Shown: in pieces, positions 53,056-64,000 of the stretch | Layout of the letters: every line of letters starts with the position of its first letter | Position numbering within the stretch: position 1 is the stretch's first letter | Assembly (NCBI GenBank): GCA_030141605.1 | Contig: JAQGDQ010000218.1 | Coordinates: 186,001-250,000, forward strand | Source of the DNA: Tubiluchus corallicola | Taxonomy: Eukaryota > Animalia > Priapulida | Direction: 5' to 3' | Length of the DNA stretch: 64,000 nt | Program-made: the position numbers and the translations under genes | The notes under the pieces: model-generated | Told to the model about the DNA's origin: nothing | The model's database searches: none | The model's input: only the letters and a program-made list of their open reading frames with translations

Positions 53056-56000
53056 CTGTAAAGAAATTAAAAAGTTATCAAGGAAGTATGAAGATAATGG
53101 AAAAAAACAGTAGACTTAGAACAACTTGGTCTAACTGCAGCTAGTTGGGAAATTATGGAGTTGTTGTTGCATGGATGATGAAATGAAACCTTCTCAAAGC
53201 TGCCACTGATCATAAAGCTTATTTATGACTCATGATTTTTGTGTAGAGAAGTACATAGGAAGTATAACACCCAAATTAGTAATGATAATATAATGAACAA
53301 GGTTTATTAACGAGACCACATAAACATCAAAAATTTCTTCTTATACAACTGTTACGTTGCAGTGTGGTTATAAAATACTAGCAGAACTTTAGATCTCAAA
53401 TGATGCAGCGTTGCTCATTCATTGCTAACTCACAGAAGAAGCCTTGCTTCATCCTGCACTTGCTTTTATATCAATGGTATCAATTGTCTCACCCTTGACC
53501 CCAAGCTTTGCAACCTTTAACTGCGAAATGAATTTCTTTTTTCGATCGCGATTTTAGAATAATGTAAATAAACTAAAAATAGAATCTTAAACTAAGTCCA
53601 AAATAACAAGCTCAAAATACACATTTCCAATAAACAGACCTCAATATCCTAAGTAAGTGTAGATAGTAGTTGATTAAAGGTAAAGAGAGTTAAAACCCCT
53701 TAACAAGCTGCTCGAATAAAAAACCAAAAGCGAACGAAATTAATCTCAAGAGTGAACTAATTGATACAAAATTGATTAAATTACAATAGAATAACATGGC
53801 ATTAAAAATTTAAAATTCGCAAGTACTGCATCAATTAATGGTACAACTGATGTCAGCTTAGATATAGTAAGAAAAAATTAGATAGAGTAACTACTATAGA
53901 AAAAAAACAATAACCATTCAAACATAGTTGGTATTAGAAGCAGCAAAAATTGAAAACAAATATGACGTAGATAGTGTTTCCATCGAAAACCCGGGTACAG
54001 GAGTTTTTACCCGCATTGTTTATTACCAGAGCCTGATATTCCTACCTAGTTCCAACAATGAAAATACTGACATTATCTGTAGTATGGTATCTATTATGTG
54101 GATTTAAATGCCACTTTCTGCTGTGTGCTTCTACAGTAGGTACCTGTTAGCAAACTATTAACTGCTGCATTTGGCAGTGTGCCAGGCCAACAGCCAGTAG
54201 GGAGGTGACAGATCATACCATTTTTGGGGTTACTTACAAAAAACAAACTAGGAACTATGATTTCTTTGCCAATAGGTTAATTATCCAAATGAAATTGTTT
54301 ATTAACCGTTAAAAACCTATTTCAGGCCACTAACAAAGACAAGAATAAAAGGACTGTTAAGTTTAACAGCACACAAAAATGATAATATAAATTATTTCAT
54401 TCTCATAACCCTTCCGTTATATTAATAGTGCTCAGTATGGCACTACCAAGGCTGACACGTAGTTGATTCACTGACTAAGCTTGCAAGGAAGTAATTAAGA
54501 TCTGGCAGATAAAAACTCAGTCAAATGCCTTGTGTGGCAAAAACACTAACTTTGCAACTCACAGCTCGTGTTCAGGCTTTAGCGTGCAACAAATGAATGC
54601 TTGTTGTCAACATAACAGTGCAGTTAGTTAAAATGCACCAGTGGTTGTTTTTATTTGTGCATATAAATGATTACAGTTTCTTCACCTTGGGGTACACAAC
54701 GGGCATATGGAATATGCTACACGAGTCTGATTTTTGCTATAAATGTAAACACTAGATGCAGAAACTAAAATAAACGAGTAACAGGGATGACAAAATCACA
54801 GTGGAAAAGAGAAATTAATTTAAAATTAATAATGTAGTAGCAGAAAGAAATGAAAACTAAAATTGCTCAAAGTAGTAAACTGGGATTTTAGATAAACTAT
54901 AATTGGGGATTTAAAGAGTATAATAAAAAATCTAGCCTAAAGGAAACAAGTTAAATTATAGGAATAAGGCTAAAACATGCAAAAGTGAAGGGCAATTACA
55001 AGAACTCTCGTAAAGATGATTTACATGTATTGCATACTTTGTGAGGTTTAGTAGAAGTTTCAAGTGATACTATAGATATTATAGATACAACGAGAAGACA
55101 CTATAGATCTTATTAACTGCTATAAAGTCATCAGCAGAAATTCAATTTTACGTAGTGATAAATGGTTTTCTAGACCACAAGGTAATTTACTTATACACAG
55201 CTCTTTTTTATTTGTATAATTTGATACCCTCACACTAATATCAGAGCCCACTTTTTCTTTTCTCGTGTTTGGCCCTTGGAATTCACTTAATAGCGAAATT
55301 CTTGAAGCATCGAATCTGGCTCAATTTCGAAAATCGCTGAGGACAGACCGTCAAAAACCGTGTTATGGTTAGGTAGACTTCGCAAACAAACAGAATAGTC
55401 AAATGTGAATTTGATTCTAAATGATGAGAACTGCATGAATATAAGGGAAACATTGAACAAACAATTTAAACTGAAAAGTGATGAATAAAACTTGCATAAA
55501 GAAACACGGCCAAATCTTTGTTTGGGGGCTCAGCCTATCACAGTAACATCCGAAACCGTATAATTTTTTAGAATTTTATTGCTAGATTTACTGTGAGCAT
55601 ACAATGACCATTTTTACAGAAAACAATAAATTAACACAAATTTAACAAAGTAAAAAACATTAATATATAATTTTTATTGAGACTACTGGTATGCCACTGC
55701 ATAACAGCAGGAAGAAAATCTTGTGTTGGTGCTGTCCAGATTAATGGTAAATTTAAAATTTAAGAAACAAAACAGAAGTGCATTAAATGATCTTTCTCTA
55801 ACACTCACTTACTCTCACACACTCGCTCGCACGCACGCACACACACACACACACACACATACACATTTTCTTCTAGAGTGGGGACAAGGTGCAAAAGGTA
55901 GAAATTCAGCATGTTGATGAGGAATACCTGAATGACACATGTTAGCATGATGATGTTATGACGACGATTAAGTCATGATAATATTTCCAAAGCATAAATA

Positions 56001-56371
56001 TAGCCAAAATAAGAATAAAATAAAGAGGCACAATTGATTGTCAATTATATTATATAGTTTGTAACTCTATATACAGTAATTATAGCCACGTTGTTATTTG
56101 TCTCTTACATGGTAAGAAAATGAAATTCATTTACTATTTTAATGAGTTTGTACAGACAAGGCGTCGCGACAAACTATACTGCTACTCCTAACTAAATTAA
56201 CATTTATTTTTATTCAAATAGTGGCCTAATGGCTAAAAGCAAAAGTGTAAATATAACTATTACCTTAAAATCATATAAGGAGAATCTGTACAAAACATTG
56301 GCACAAAGTCAAATATCAATTATCATGCTTACTGTAGTTTACATAAAAAACGAGAATTAATAATAATTAGG

Positions 56372-58313
56372 CAGTGGCTAGAGGTACGGATCCATACTCG
56401 TCTTTCCTGTGATACCGATATTCGTAGCTATTTTTGCAACAAATATGGATCCGTGCTTTTTGTGACATTTACAAAACATACGGATTTTGACAATTTTTAC
56501 GACATACGGCGTTTGACTATGTGCCATGCACGTCATTGAAAAGTACATGCCCACTTCATGAAAATGGTGATATGGCATTATACAGCCTGTAGCCGTACCG
56601 TTTTTCTTCGGTACCACTTTTCTTCGTGATATAATAGTTACACTGTAAATATTAGTTGGTCTCTTAATTGTCTTGCAAATTGTTATCTTTGATATAGTGC
56701 TGTGTGGTGCATAAGCCACCAATTAATAGTTTGTTTGCTTTATTTTGTTTATTGTTACAAAAAACTTTAGTATTTTGATGTGTAGTAGGCCAGTTAGCAA
56801 GAGTTTAAATCTTAGTGTGTTATGAATTTCTTAGATTGTTGTAATATGATGACCTACCAGCCAGTATTTTGAATGTGATAACCTACTAACTGTAATTTTC
56901 CTTAGTTTGAGTTGTGATTTATTGACTTGTCGATCATAGCAAAATTTTTAGTCTTTATGTGATATGCAGTAGGGTCAGTTTATAAGAGTTGCTGAACTGT
57001 TACATGCACCTATTGCCAGGTATGCTATGAATGTTATAACCTGCCACTATTTCTTGCTTGGTTTATTATTTTGTTTGTCATTGTAAACATTTTAAAGCAT
57101 CTTTATGTGAGCCAGGTCCCATATTAATTAAATATTTTATTATTTTGCTTATCAAAGCTGTACTACAATCAATGACTGCGATATTCCAATGCAATCTTTG
57201 TAGTGTTTTATATGTCATTTCTATTAAAAAAATAAAAATATTATTAATTAAATATTTTATTATTTTGCTTATCAAAGCTGTACTACAATCAATGACTGCG
57301 ATATTCCAATGCAATCTTTGTAGTGTTTTATATGTCATTTCTATTAAAAAAATAAAAAGGCCATTTTACAAATTTGCATTTAATTGAAGGCTGCAGTAAC
57401 TATAATTACGTTCGACTGTCACATTAATCCACTTTATATTGAGTTAAAACATCAAGTTACTTCACTTTCTCTTAGATTCCTCGGGGTTAAAGGTTTGACT
57501 TATAATGTGTACTGTATAAAGCTAGTTCATGAAAACTAGTTAATTCACTGATTAGAAAGCAGTAATTTCTGTTTGTGAATTAAAACCTAAATTTTGCATC
57601 CTTAATGCCGAAAAACAGTTACAAAACTCCTTACGGAACTATTTTGACCACTTAAAGGCCTCAAATGCCTATTGCCTCAACGTAATTGACTACTTATTGC
57701 TGTAATAATGTGTTTAATTATGCTGTACGTAAAGTGTCTGTTTGAAGCATTTTTGACCCATGACCCTGTCAAAAAATCACTGTGAGTGTAGAATGCTCAT
57801 TTAGTAATGCAGTAAAGCACTTTTGATACTTTCTATCTTTTAGAATTTTGCATTTTGTAAAAATGTTCTAATAATTTTGCCACTATGCGGACAATGGTTC
57901 ACTGTTGTTGCGATTTCCTTAGAGTTACATGTAAAGCAGCAGAACTCCAATAAAAAAACATTTTATAATTACCAAAAATTAAAACGGGCATGCACAGTAA
58001 TAGGATATTCACATTCTTTTTAAAGGTATTTATCAGTAGAAACATTAACTAACGTCAAGCAAGTACCCTAAAACTTAAGTAATCTATTACATTCTTTCAT
58101 ACCAAAAATAGGCAGTCACTATGTTGTGGATTTTGAGGTTGCAGATAAACAAAAAAGTGATATATTGCACCTCTCTGATGGCGATCCGTATTTTCTCGTT
58201 AATATAGTTTGCCGTACAGATCAATCCGTATTTTGTAGTGGATGCTTTCGAGAGACGGATCCCGATTTTTAGTTGCTACGGTTCCGGATACGGATCCGTA
58301 TCTTTAGTCAATG
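56372..58313. mobile_element. Non-autonomous hAT-like TIR element, ~1.9 kb
   Basis: Left CAGTGGCTAGAGGTACGGATCCATAC versus right reverse complement CATTGACTAAAGATACGGATCCGTAT. Subterminal (A)TACGGAT(C) repeats at both ends. No TSD seen. Confidence 0.6.
57122..57358. repeat. Direct tandem duplication with 120-bp period
   Basis: 57122-57238 is identical to 57242-57358. Confidence 0.95.
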
Positions 58314-58861
58314 CTACTGTTAATGGGAAGCTAACAGCATAAGAGCTGATACTTTGTCGTATATACATGATCTTTTTCATAGAGAATTAAGGGCAGAGAT
58401 GTACATCAATAGTAAGGACAGTGAAAAGACAGAAACTGGAAATTAATTTCCTATTAACCTCATGAAAGTATGAAAACATGGCAAATTAGAGATAGGGAAA
58501 AGTATCAGAATAGTTGAGGTATAATCAATTCTATTACAAATTCATAGAGCCATTTAAATTAATTACAATTACTAACTTAAGGTTTTTTTAAGACAAAAAT
58601 GACAAGCCGTGCTACTGGTGAAAGGGATGCAGCAGTAGCTAATAAGAAGTACACTTAGGAGTCACGGTGGCTTGGTGACAAAAGGCAGCTTAGATCATAT
58701 ACTAATATTTTTTTCTTAGGGGGGTAAGTAGTCAAGTAAAACTAGTTTGCATGCATGAAACAGAATAGACAAAAATAATAAAAACAGTCAATATAAGGTT
58801 ATACCCAAACATCTCTATAATAGTGCACTAATTCACTAAACATACTAAACAAAATAATAAA

Positions 58862-60169
58862 ATGGAAGTGGAGCGTGATGATGAAGCAATGATACAGAGC
58901 ACCAGGATAGAAAGAGCATTGTGTGATTTTGTGCAAGTGGTGGATGAAACTTTAACTGAGAAAAATGGAGAAAAGTCAGAAAGTAAAACTCAAAAGGAGA
59001 ATGAACAAGAGGAAAGAAAGGAAAGGAAAGTAAGTGGGGCTGAAGTGTGCAGTAAATGTGTGAAAAGAGTGGAGATTGGGGAAGATGGAAAGTATTGTTT
59101 CTGGTGTGAGACATGGTTGCACAGAGAGTGCATTGGCATATCAAAGAAATAGAGCGGTAGGCACAGCAAGTGCATTAGTTATAAATGACACTTTGCACTG
59201 GTTTTGCGATAAGAGTAAAGAAGTCGAGAAGTTAAAGGAAGGCATGGGAATGCAAAAAAATACACAGCTGTTGAATGAAGTACAATTAGGAAATGGAAGA
59301 GGAAATGAAATGCAAAGAAAGTGAAGTAGAAAATTTGAAAGATGGCTTAGAGAAAAAATGAGGCAAGAAGTGAATAAGAAAGCGGATCAATTGGCTGAGC
59401 TTGACTTAAAAAAAATAAATATGAAAGTGAAATAAAAAAGTTGAAAGAAGAAGCAGTGCAACTCAGACAACAACTAGAAAAATTGATAAGTGAGGCAGCA
59501 GAAAATAGAACTACAGTAAATAGCCTAAACAGGCACATAAGTGACCTACAAAAGATAAATGAAGAATTGTTGATGAGCAAAATGGGTATGGGTTTAACAT
59601 ATGAAGAGGCAAAAGAAAATAATGAATCTAGTAAGAAGAAAGATGATTCCAGAAAAGAAGTACAGAATCAAAGTGAGGAGGCAGAGCCTGATACGCCACT
59701 ATGCAGATATGTTGCAAAAAATGTGTAGTGTAAATTTGAAAATAGATGCAAGTTTAGACACTACAAAACAACGAAGGAGTGTCAAGAGATCAGTGAAAGC
59801 GTACATAGAGCCAAACAAGGAGAATATGAACAAAAGTTGTGTTCCATTTTTGGAAGGAATAAATATTGCAAATTTGAAAGCAAGTGTAGATTTAGACATT
59901 ATTTGAAACCTGGGGAAGATAAGGAAAAGACAAAATTGTGTTGGAATTATAAGTATGATGGTAAATGCAAATATGGTAGTAGGTGCAGATACAGACATTT
60001 TTTTAACTATGACGAAAAGAGGTACCTAAGAATACAAGAACGAGAAGGACAGCAGACAACTCTAGAAGCTAATAAAAATGAACAAAAGGCACAAAATGAA
60101 AGTCTGGTCGAGCAGATTAGTTTTTTAATGAGGGAAATCAATGCAATAAAAGAAAAACTGTGGAATTAG
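58862..60169 (+). pseudogene. LINE ORF1: PHD finger, coiled coil and three CCCH zinc fingers (stops and frameshifts)
   Basis: PHD: CSKC..CFWCETWLHREC..WFCDK. E/K/L-rich helical region at 59300-59650. Three C-x8-C-x5-C-x3-H fingers at 59702-59998. Confidence 0.85.
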
Positions 60170-60182
60170 GAAAAAAGTAAAA

Positions 60183-63100
60183 GTGAAAAGATCTCAGAAC
60201 AGATTTAAAAATTTTAATGTAGTGTATACAAATTGCCGAGGACTAAATAATAAGTTAGAGCCATTGTATGGAGTGATAAGGGAAAAAAAGCCTAGTGTAA
60301 TAGGAATTGTTGAAACCCATTTGGGGGAAGAAGGATTAGTAAAAATTGAGGGTTATAAAGTGTTCCAACTGAATAGAAATAAGTATGGAGAGGGGGATAT
60401 TATTGGCAATTAATAATGACTTAAAAAATGTAACAGTAAAGGCTGGCCAGTATAATGAAGTAGGAGAACAATTATAGGTTATAATGGATAAAGTAAAATT
60501 GAGAGAAGGATTATTGTATGCACCTCAAGAAAGTAGGACAGTTAAAGAAGAAACGAAGAAAATGTATGAACAAATACGTAAGCAAGTACAAAAAGCAAAA
60601 AACGAAAACCAGAAATGCTTGCTTATAGGTGACTTCAATGCAAAAGTAGGAAATATTATCAAAGGTAATAATGATGAAATAACTTGGGCAGGAAAAATGT
60701 TACTAAATCAGGTTAAAAAGAAAATCTAGTAATATTAAATGCAACTGAAGAATGCTCAGGAATTTGGACAAGAGAAGCTGGGAAAAAAATCTGTTATTGA
60801 TTATATTATAATAAGTGCAAATGATGTAAATGCACATAGGTTTACACTTGTTGACGAACAAAAACTGTATGGAGTGTACAGAGTGACTAGTAGTGGCGAG
60901 AAAAAAATTATATATACAGACCACAATACATTATATAGTGAATTTGATTGGGTTGAGATTAGCAAAATGAAAAGAGATAAAAGTGATGAGATAAAAAAAT
61001 TAGTAGTGTCTAATAAAAATAAAATGAACAGATACAAAAATGAAACTGATGATCAAATATTTAGCAAACTATGGAGCAGTAACAGATCAATTCAGAGCAC
61101 GTATGATGGTTGGATTAATCAAGTTGCAGCAGTAAGAGACAGGTGCCTTTCAGTAAAAGGAAAAAGGAAACAAAAATATGGAAGTAAAATGTCAAGGAAG
61201 TTAAATAAAGAAAGACGTAAGTTAAAACATGATATGAGCGATGAAGAAGACTCTGAAAGAAAAAGAATGATTAAAATAAAATTGACCTAATAGAAAACAT
61301 GATGAGGAATGTGCGAAGGAAGGAACAAATAAATAGAATAAATAAAACTGTTAAGACAATTACAGTAAATGGAAAACTTAATAAGCAGTTGTTTTGGGAA
61401 TTCAAAAAGTGCATCGATAAACCTAAAAGAGAAGAAGCTATAGCAATGAGAGATAACCAAGGTGAGATCCGAGAGGACCCAGGGAAAATTAAGATGATTT
61501 TTAAAAAATATTATGAAGAATTGTTAACTCCTACTCCGATAGAGGATGAATATGAGCAAATGATAGAATTAAGGGTTGAACAAATTTTCAAACATGTTGA
61601 ACAAATGGCAAGTGAGGAGGAAGTAAAAGTAATTACTAACAGTGAAGTGAATGAAGCAGTTCGATCATTAAAAAATAAAAAGGCTCCAGACATGCAAGGA
61701 TGGAAGAATGAAATGATCAAACAAGCAGGGAAAGGATTTATCGATAGTATAGTAGAAATAATGAAGCAAAAGAAAATACTGAAACAATGGGCCCAAATGA
61801 AAATAAAGTCAATTTATAAGGGAAAAGGTGACAAGAAAGAGATGAAAAATAGACGAGGGCTGTTCATAACAAATATTTTCAGTATACTAATGGAAAAAGT
61901 GATCAAAAATAGAATAATAGTTAAATTTGAAGAAAACATAGGAGTTCATCAATGTGGCGGAAGAAAAACACAGAGGAGTCTATGACCATCTGTACACCTT
62001 GAGTACGGCAATGTTAGAGTATAACAGGTTTTATAAAAATGAAGTGTACATAATTTTTTCTGACACTGAAAAGTGTTTTGATAAGTTGTGGTAGAAAGAT
62101 GCATTGACAGAACTATGGAGGATGGGCATATCACCAGGAGAAATTTTTACGACATATAAACTAAATGAAATTGCAGAAATAGTTATACAAACACCATTAG
62201 GTAAAACAGACCAGATAGAAATAAATGAAATAGTCCGACAGGAACTGTGCTGGGACCATTACTATGTTGTGCTGCAATAAACCGGATTAATGAGATAGTG
62301 ATAACAGGTACTGTAATGGGCAGCAATTTACCTGTGGGTATGTTATTATTCATTGGCGATATTGTGGGAATAGGACAAGAAACTATAATCAAACAGATGA
62401 TTAAAAACTGTCAAGAAATTGAATGAACAAAAAAATTATCATTCAATATACAGAAAACGCAATATATGAGAACAAACATGACACGAAAGAAAAGGATTCC
62501 AGAATTATGTGAGTCACTAAGGAACGGAGAGGTTAAGGAAGCAGAGGAATACAAGTATTTGGGAGATTGGATTAATACAAAATGTAGTTATGAAACAATG
62601 TCCGGAAAACGCACCGGGAAAAATAAAATGATAATTAATTATATCAATACAATAGGAGGTGAGCTGAAAGTGGGAGATTGCTCAATAGGGGTTAAACTAA
62701 TGCTATACAAGCTTCCTTCAGTGAGTGCAGTGCTAAATAGTTTTGAGACAAGGTCGAATTTGACAACTGATTGGGAGAAATTAGAAATGATTCAAGCAAA
62801 TGCTTTAAAAACCTTATTTAATATTAGTGAATCAACACCATATTGGGGATTAGTAACTGAAATAGGCATATGGCCTCTAAAACATAAAGTGAATTATAGG
62901 AGATTGATGTTCTATCGGAATTTACTGATTAGTAAACCAAAGAGATTAGCATCAGGGGTACTCGAAATGCAAATAAACAGTGCACATGAAAGGTCATGGT
63001 ATAATGATGTAGTTGAGGCTGCAAAAAATATACCATAGATGCTAATAAAGAAAGGGTGAAGGTCATGAAAACGTCTGAATGGAAGAAAGAAATAAAGAAT

Positions 63101-63507
63101 AAGATTGAATGTTGTATAAAGAATGAATGTGCAGAAAATACAGGAGCAGCACTAAATTAAGATTTTTAAGGCATACCGAGTGGAAACGACAAAATTACAT
63201 AGACACATGCAAGCCGGAAGAGGTTAAAGATATATTGAAAATAAGACTGAATATGATTAAAGTTAAAGGGAACTACAAGAATGAGTTTAAGGATCAGTTA
63301 TTATGCCCAGTGTGTGGGGAAGATGATGATACTACTGAACATATGCTTAGATGTGACAGATATGGAGAATGGAAAAAAAATTGAACTCAAGATATATTAA
63401 TGAACAGTGAAAAGGAAGGACTGCTAGAAATTAGAAATCTAGTGAACGAATGCATGGAATACAGGATAAAGGCAAATAAAGGCATTAAACTTGGAAAAGA
63501 CAACTAA
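60183..63507 (+). pseudogene. LINE ORF2: AP endonuclease, reverse transcriptase and C-terminal zinc knuckle (disrupted)
   Basis: Endonuclease: YTNCRGL, IVETH, YAPQE, GDFNAKVG, IDYII, TDHN. RT: KAPD, IYKGKGD..NRRGLFIT, KCFDKLW, VRQ/GTVLGP, LFIGD (decayed FxDD), YKYLG. C-terminus: STPYWGLVTEIGIWP, CPVC..TTEHMLRC. Confidence 0.93.
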
Positions 63508-63823
63508 AAGATCAGCGTTACAGAAGAATAGACTTTACACCCTATAAAGGTGCCCGCCTCGGATAGGTGGAGAGTCGAGTATCGCAATCGTAATCGCAAT
63601 GCTAAGTAATAATATATAAATACGTATCCAAGCAAATCAAATTATTGATATGATAGTAATAACAGTAAACGGGTAACTAAAATAGATGACTAATACTTAC
63701 TAGTTTCACCAACGCAAATGAAACAAAGAAATAGCGAGCAGTAAATTGTCCGATTCTACTACAAAACCTCAGTTTTCCACTTGAATCGCTATAACCATGT
63801 TGTTGTCGTCGTTGCACAGTTTT

Positions 63824-63858
63824 GGCGGCATCTACTGGCAACTAGATCATTGACGTCA
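63824..63858 (-). promoter_or_regulatory. Candidate TVP23 promoter elements: CTCF-like site and CRE
   Basis: Minus strand TGCCAGTAGATGCCGCC (63824-63840) resembles the CTCF core; TGACGTCA palindrome at 63851-63858; minus-strand GTAAGT donor at 63700. Confidence 0.3.
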
Positions 63859-64000
63859 ACTGCTTTATGAAGTCCACATCATAGATTTTAAAGAGTAAAA
63901 GAAGTTGCCATTTTTTCAAAAGTTGTGTCATTATTAGAAATAACAACAAAAGTTAAACCGTTGCACTTTTTGTCAATTTATTACACTTGCACTTGACCAA

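Larger units (their letters stand above)
58317..63596 (+). mobile_element. Roughly full-length, decayed non-LTR retrotransposon (LINE, APE-RT type)
   Basis: ORF1 and ORF2 remnants, 3' stem-loop, (ATCGYA)3 tail, and a candidate 8-bp TSD CAATGCTA at 58309-58316 and 63597-63604. The 5' boundary depends on that TSD. Confidence 0.88.

Noticed and set aside
57058-57387. ORFs with an internal 40-aa repeat
   Set aside because: By-product of the 120-bp tandem duplication.

Overview
AT-rich, intron-containing invertebrate (metazoan) genomic DNA; the species cannot be determined from the sequence. Three spliced protein-coding genes can be rebuilt by hand from GT-AG sites and phase continuity. (1) The last two exons of an ABCB1/P-glycoprotein-like transporter (+, 2-717), whose extended tail ends in a CFTR-like PDZ motif (DTRM). 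(2) A complete five-exon stargazin/TARP (CACNG5/7-like) gene (+, 13996-28813, 429 aa) with an unusual 124-aa proline-rich exon carrying furin-type sites, inserted in extracellular loop 1. (3) TVP23 (-, 42271-53055), with three candidate alternative last exons. The rest is mostly mobile DNA: a decayed Academ-like transposon, a decayed Sola1-like transposon, a hAT MITE with a perfect 8-bp target-site duplication (TSD), a TIR element with a nested solo-LTR-like insert, a palindromic-minisatellite MITE family, and a roughly full-length decayed LINE. That LINE's ORF1 combines a PHD finger, a coiled coil and three TTP-type CCCH zinc fingers. Most short ORFs in the supplied track are spurious. All family assignments come from motif recognition, not from database searches.
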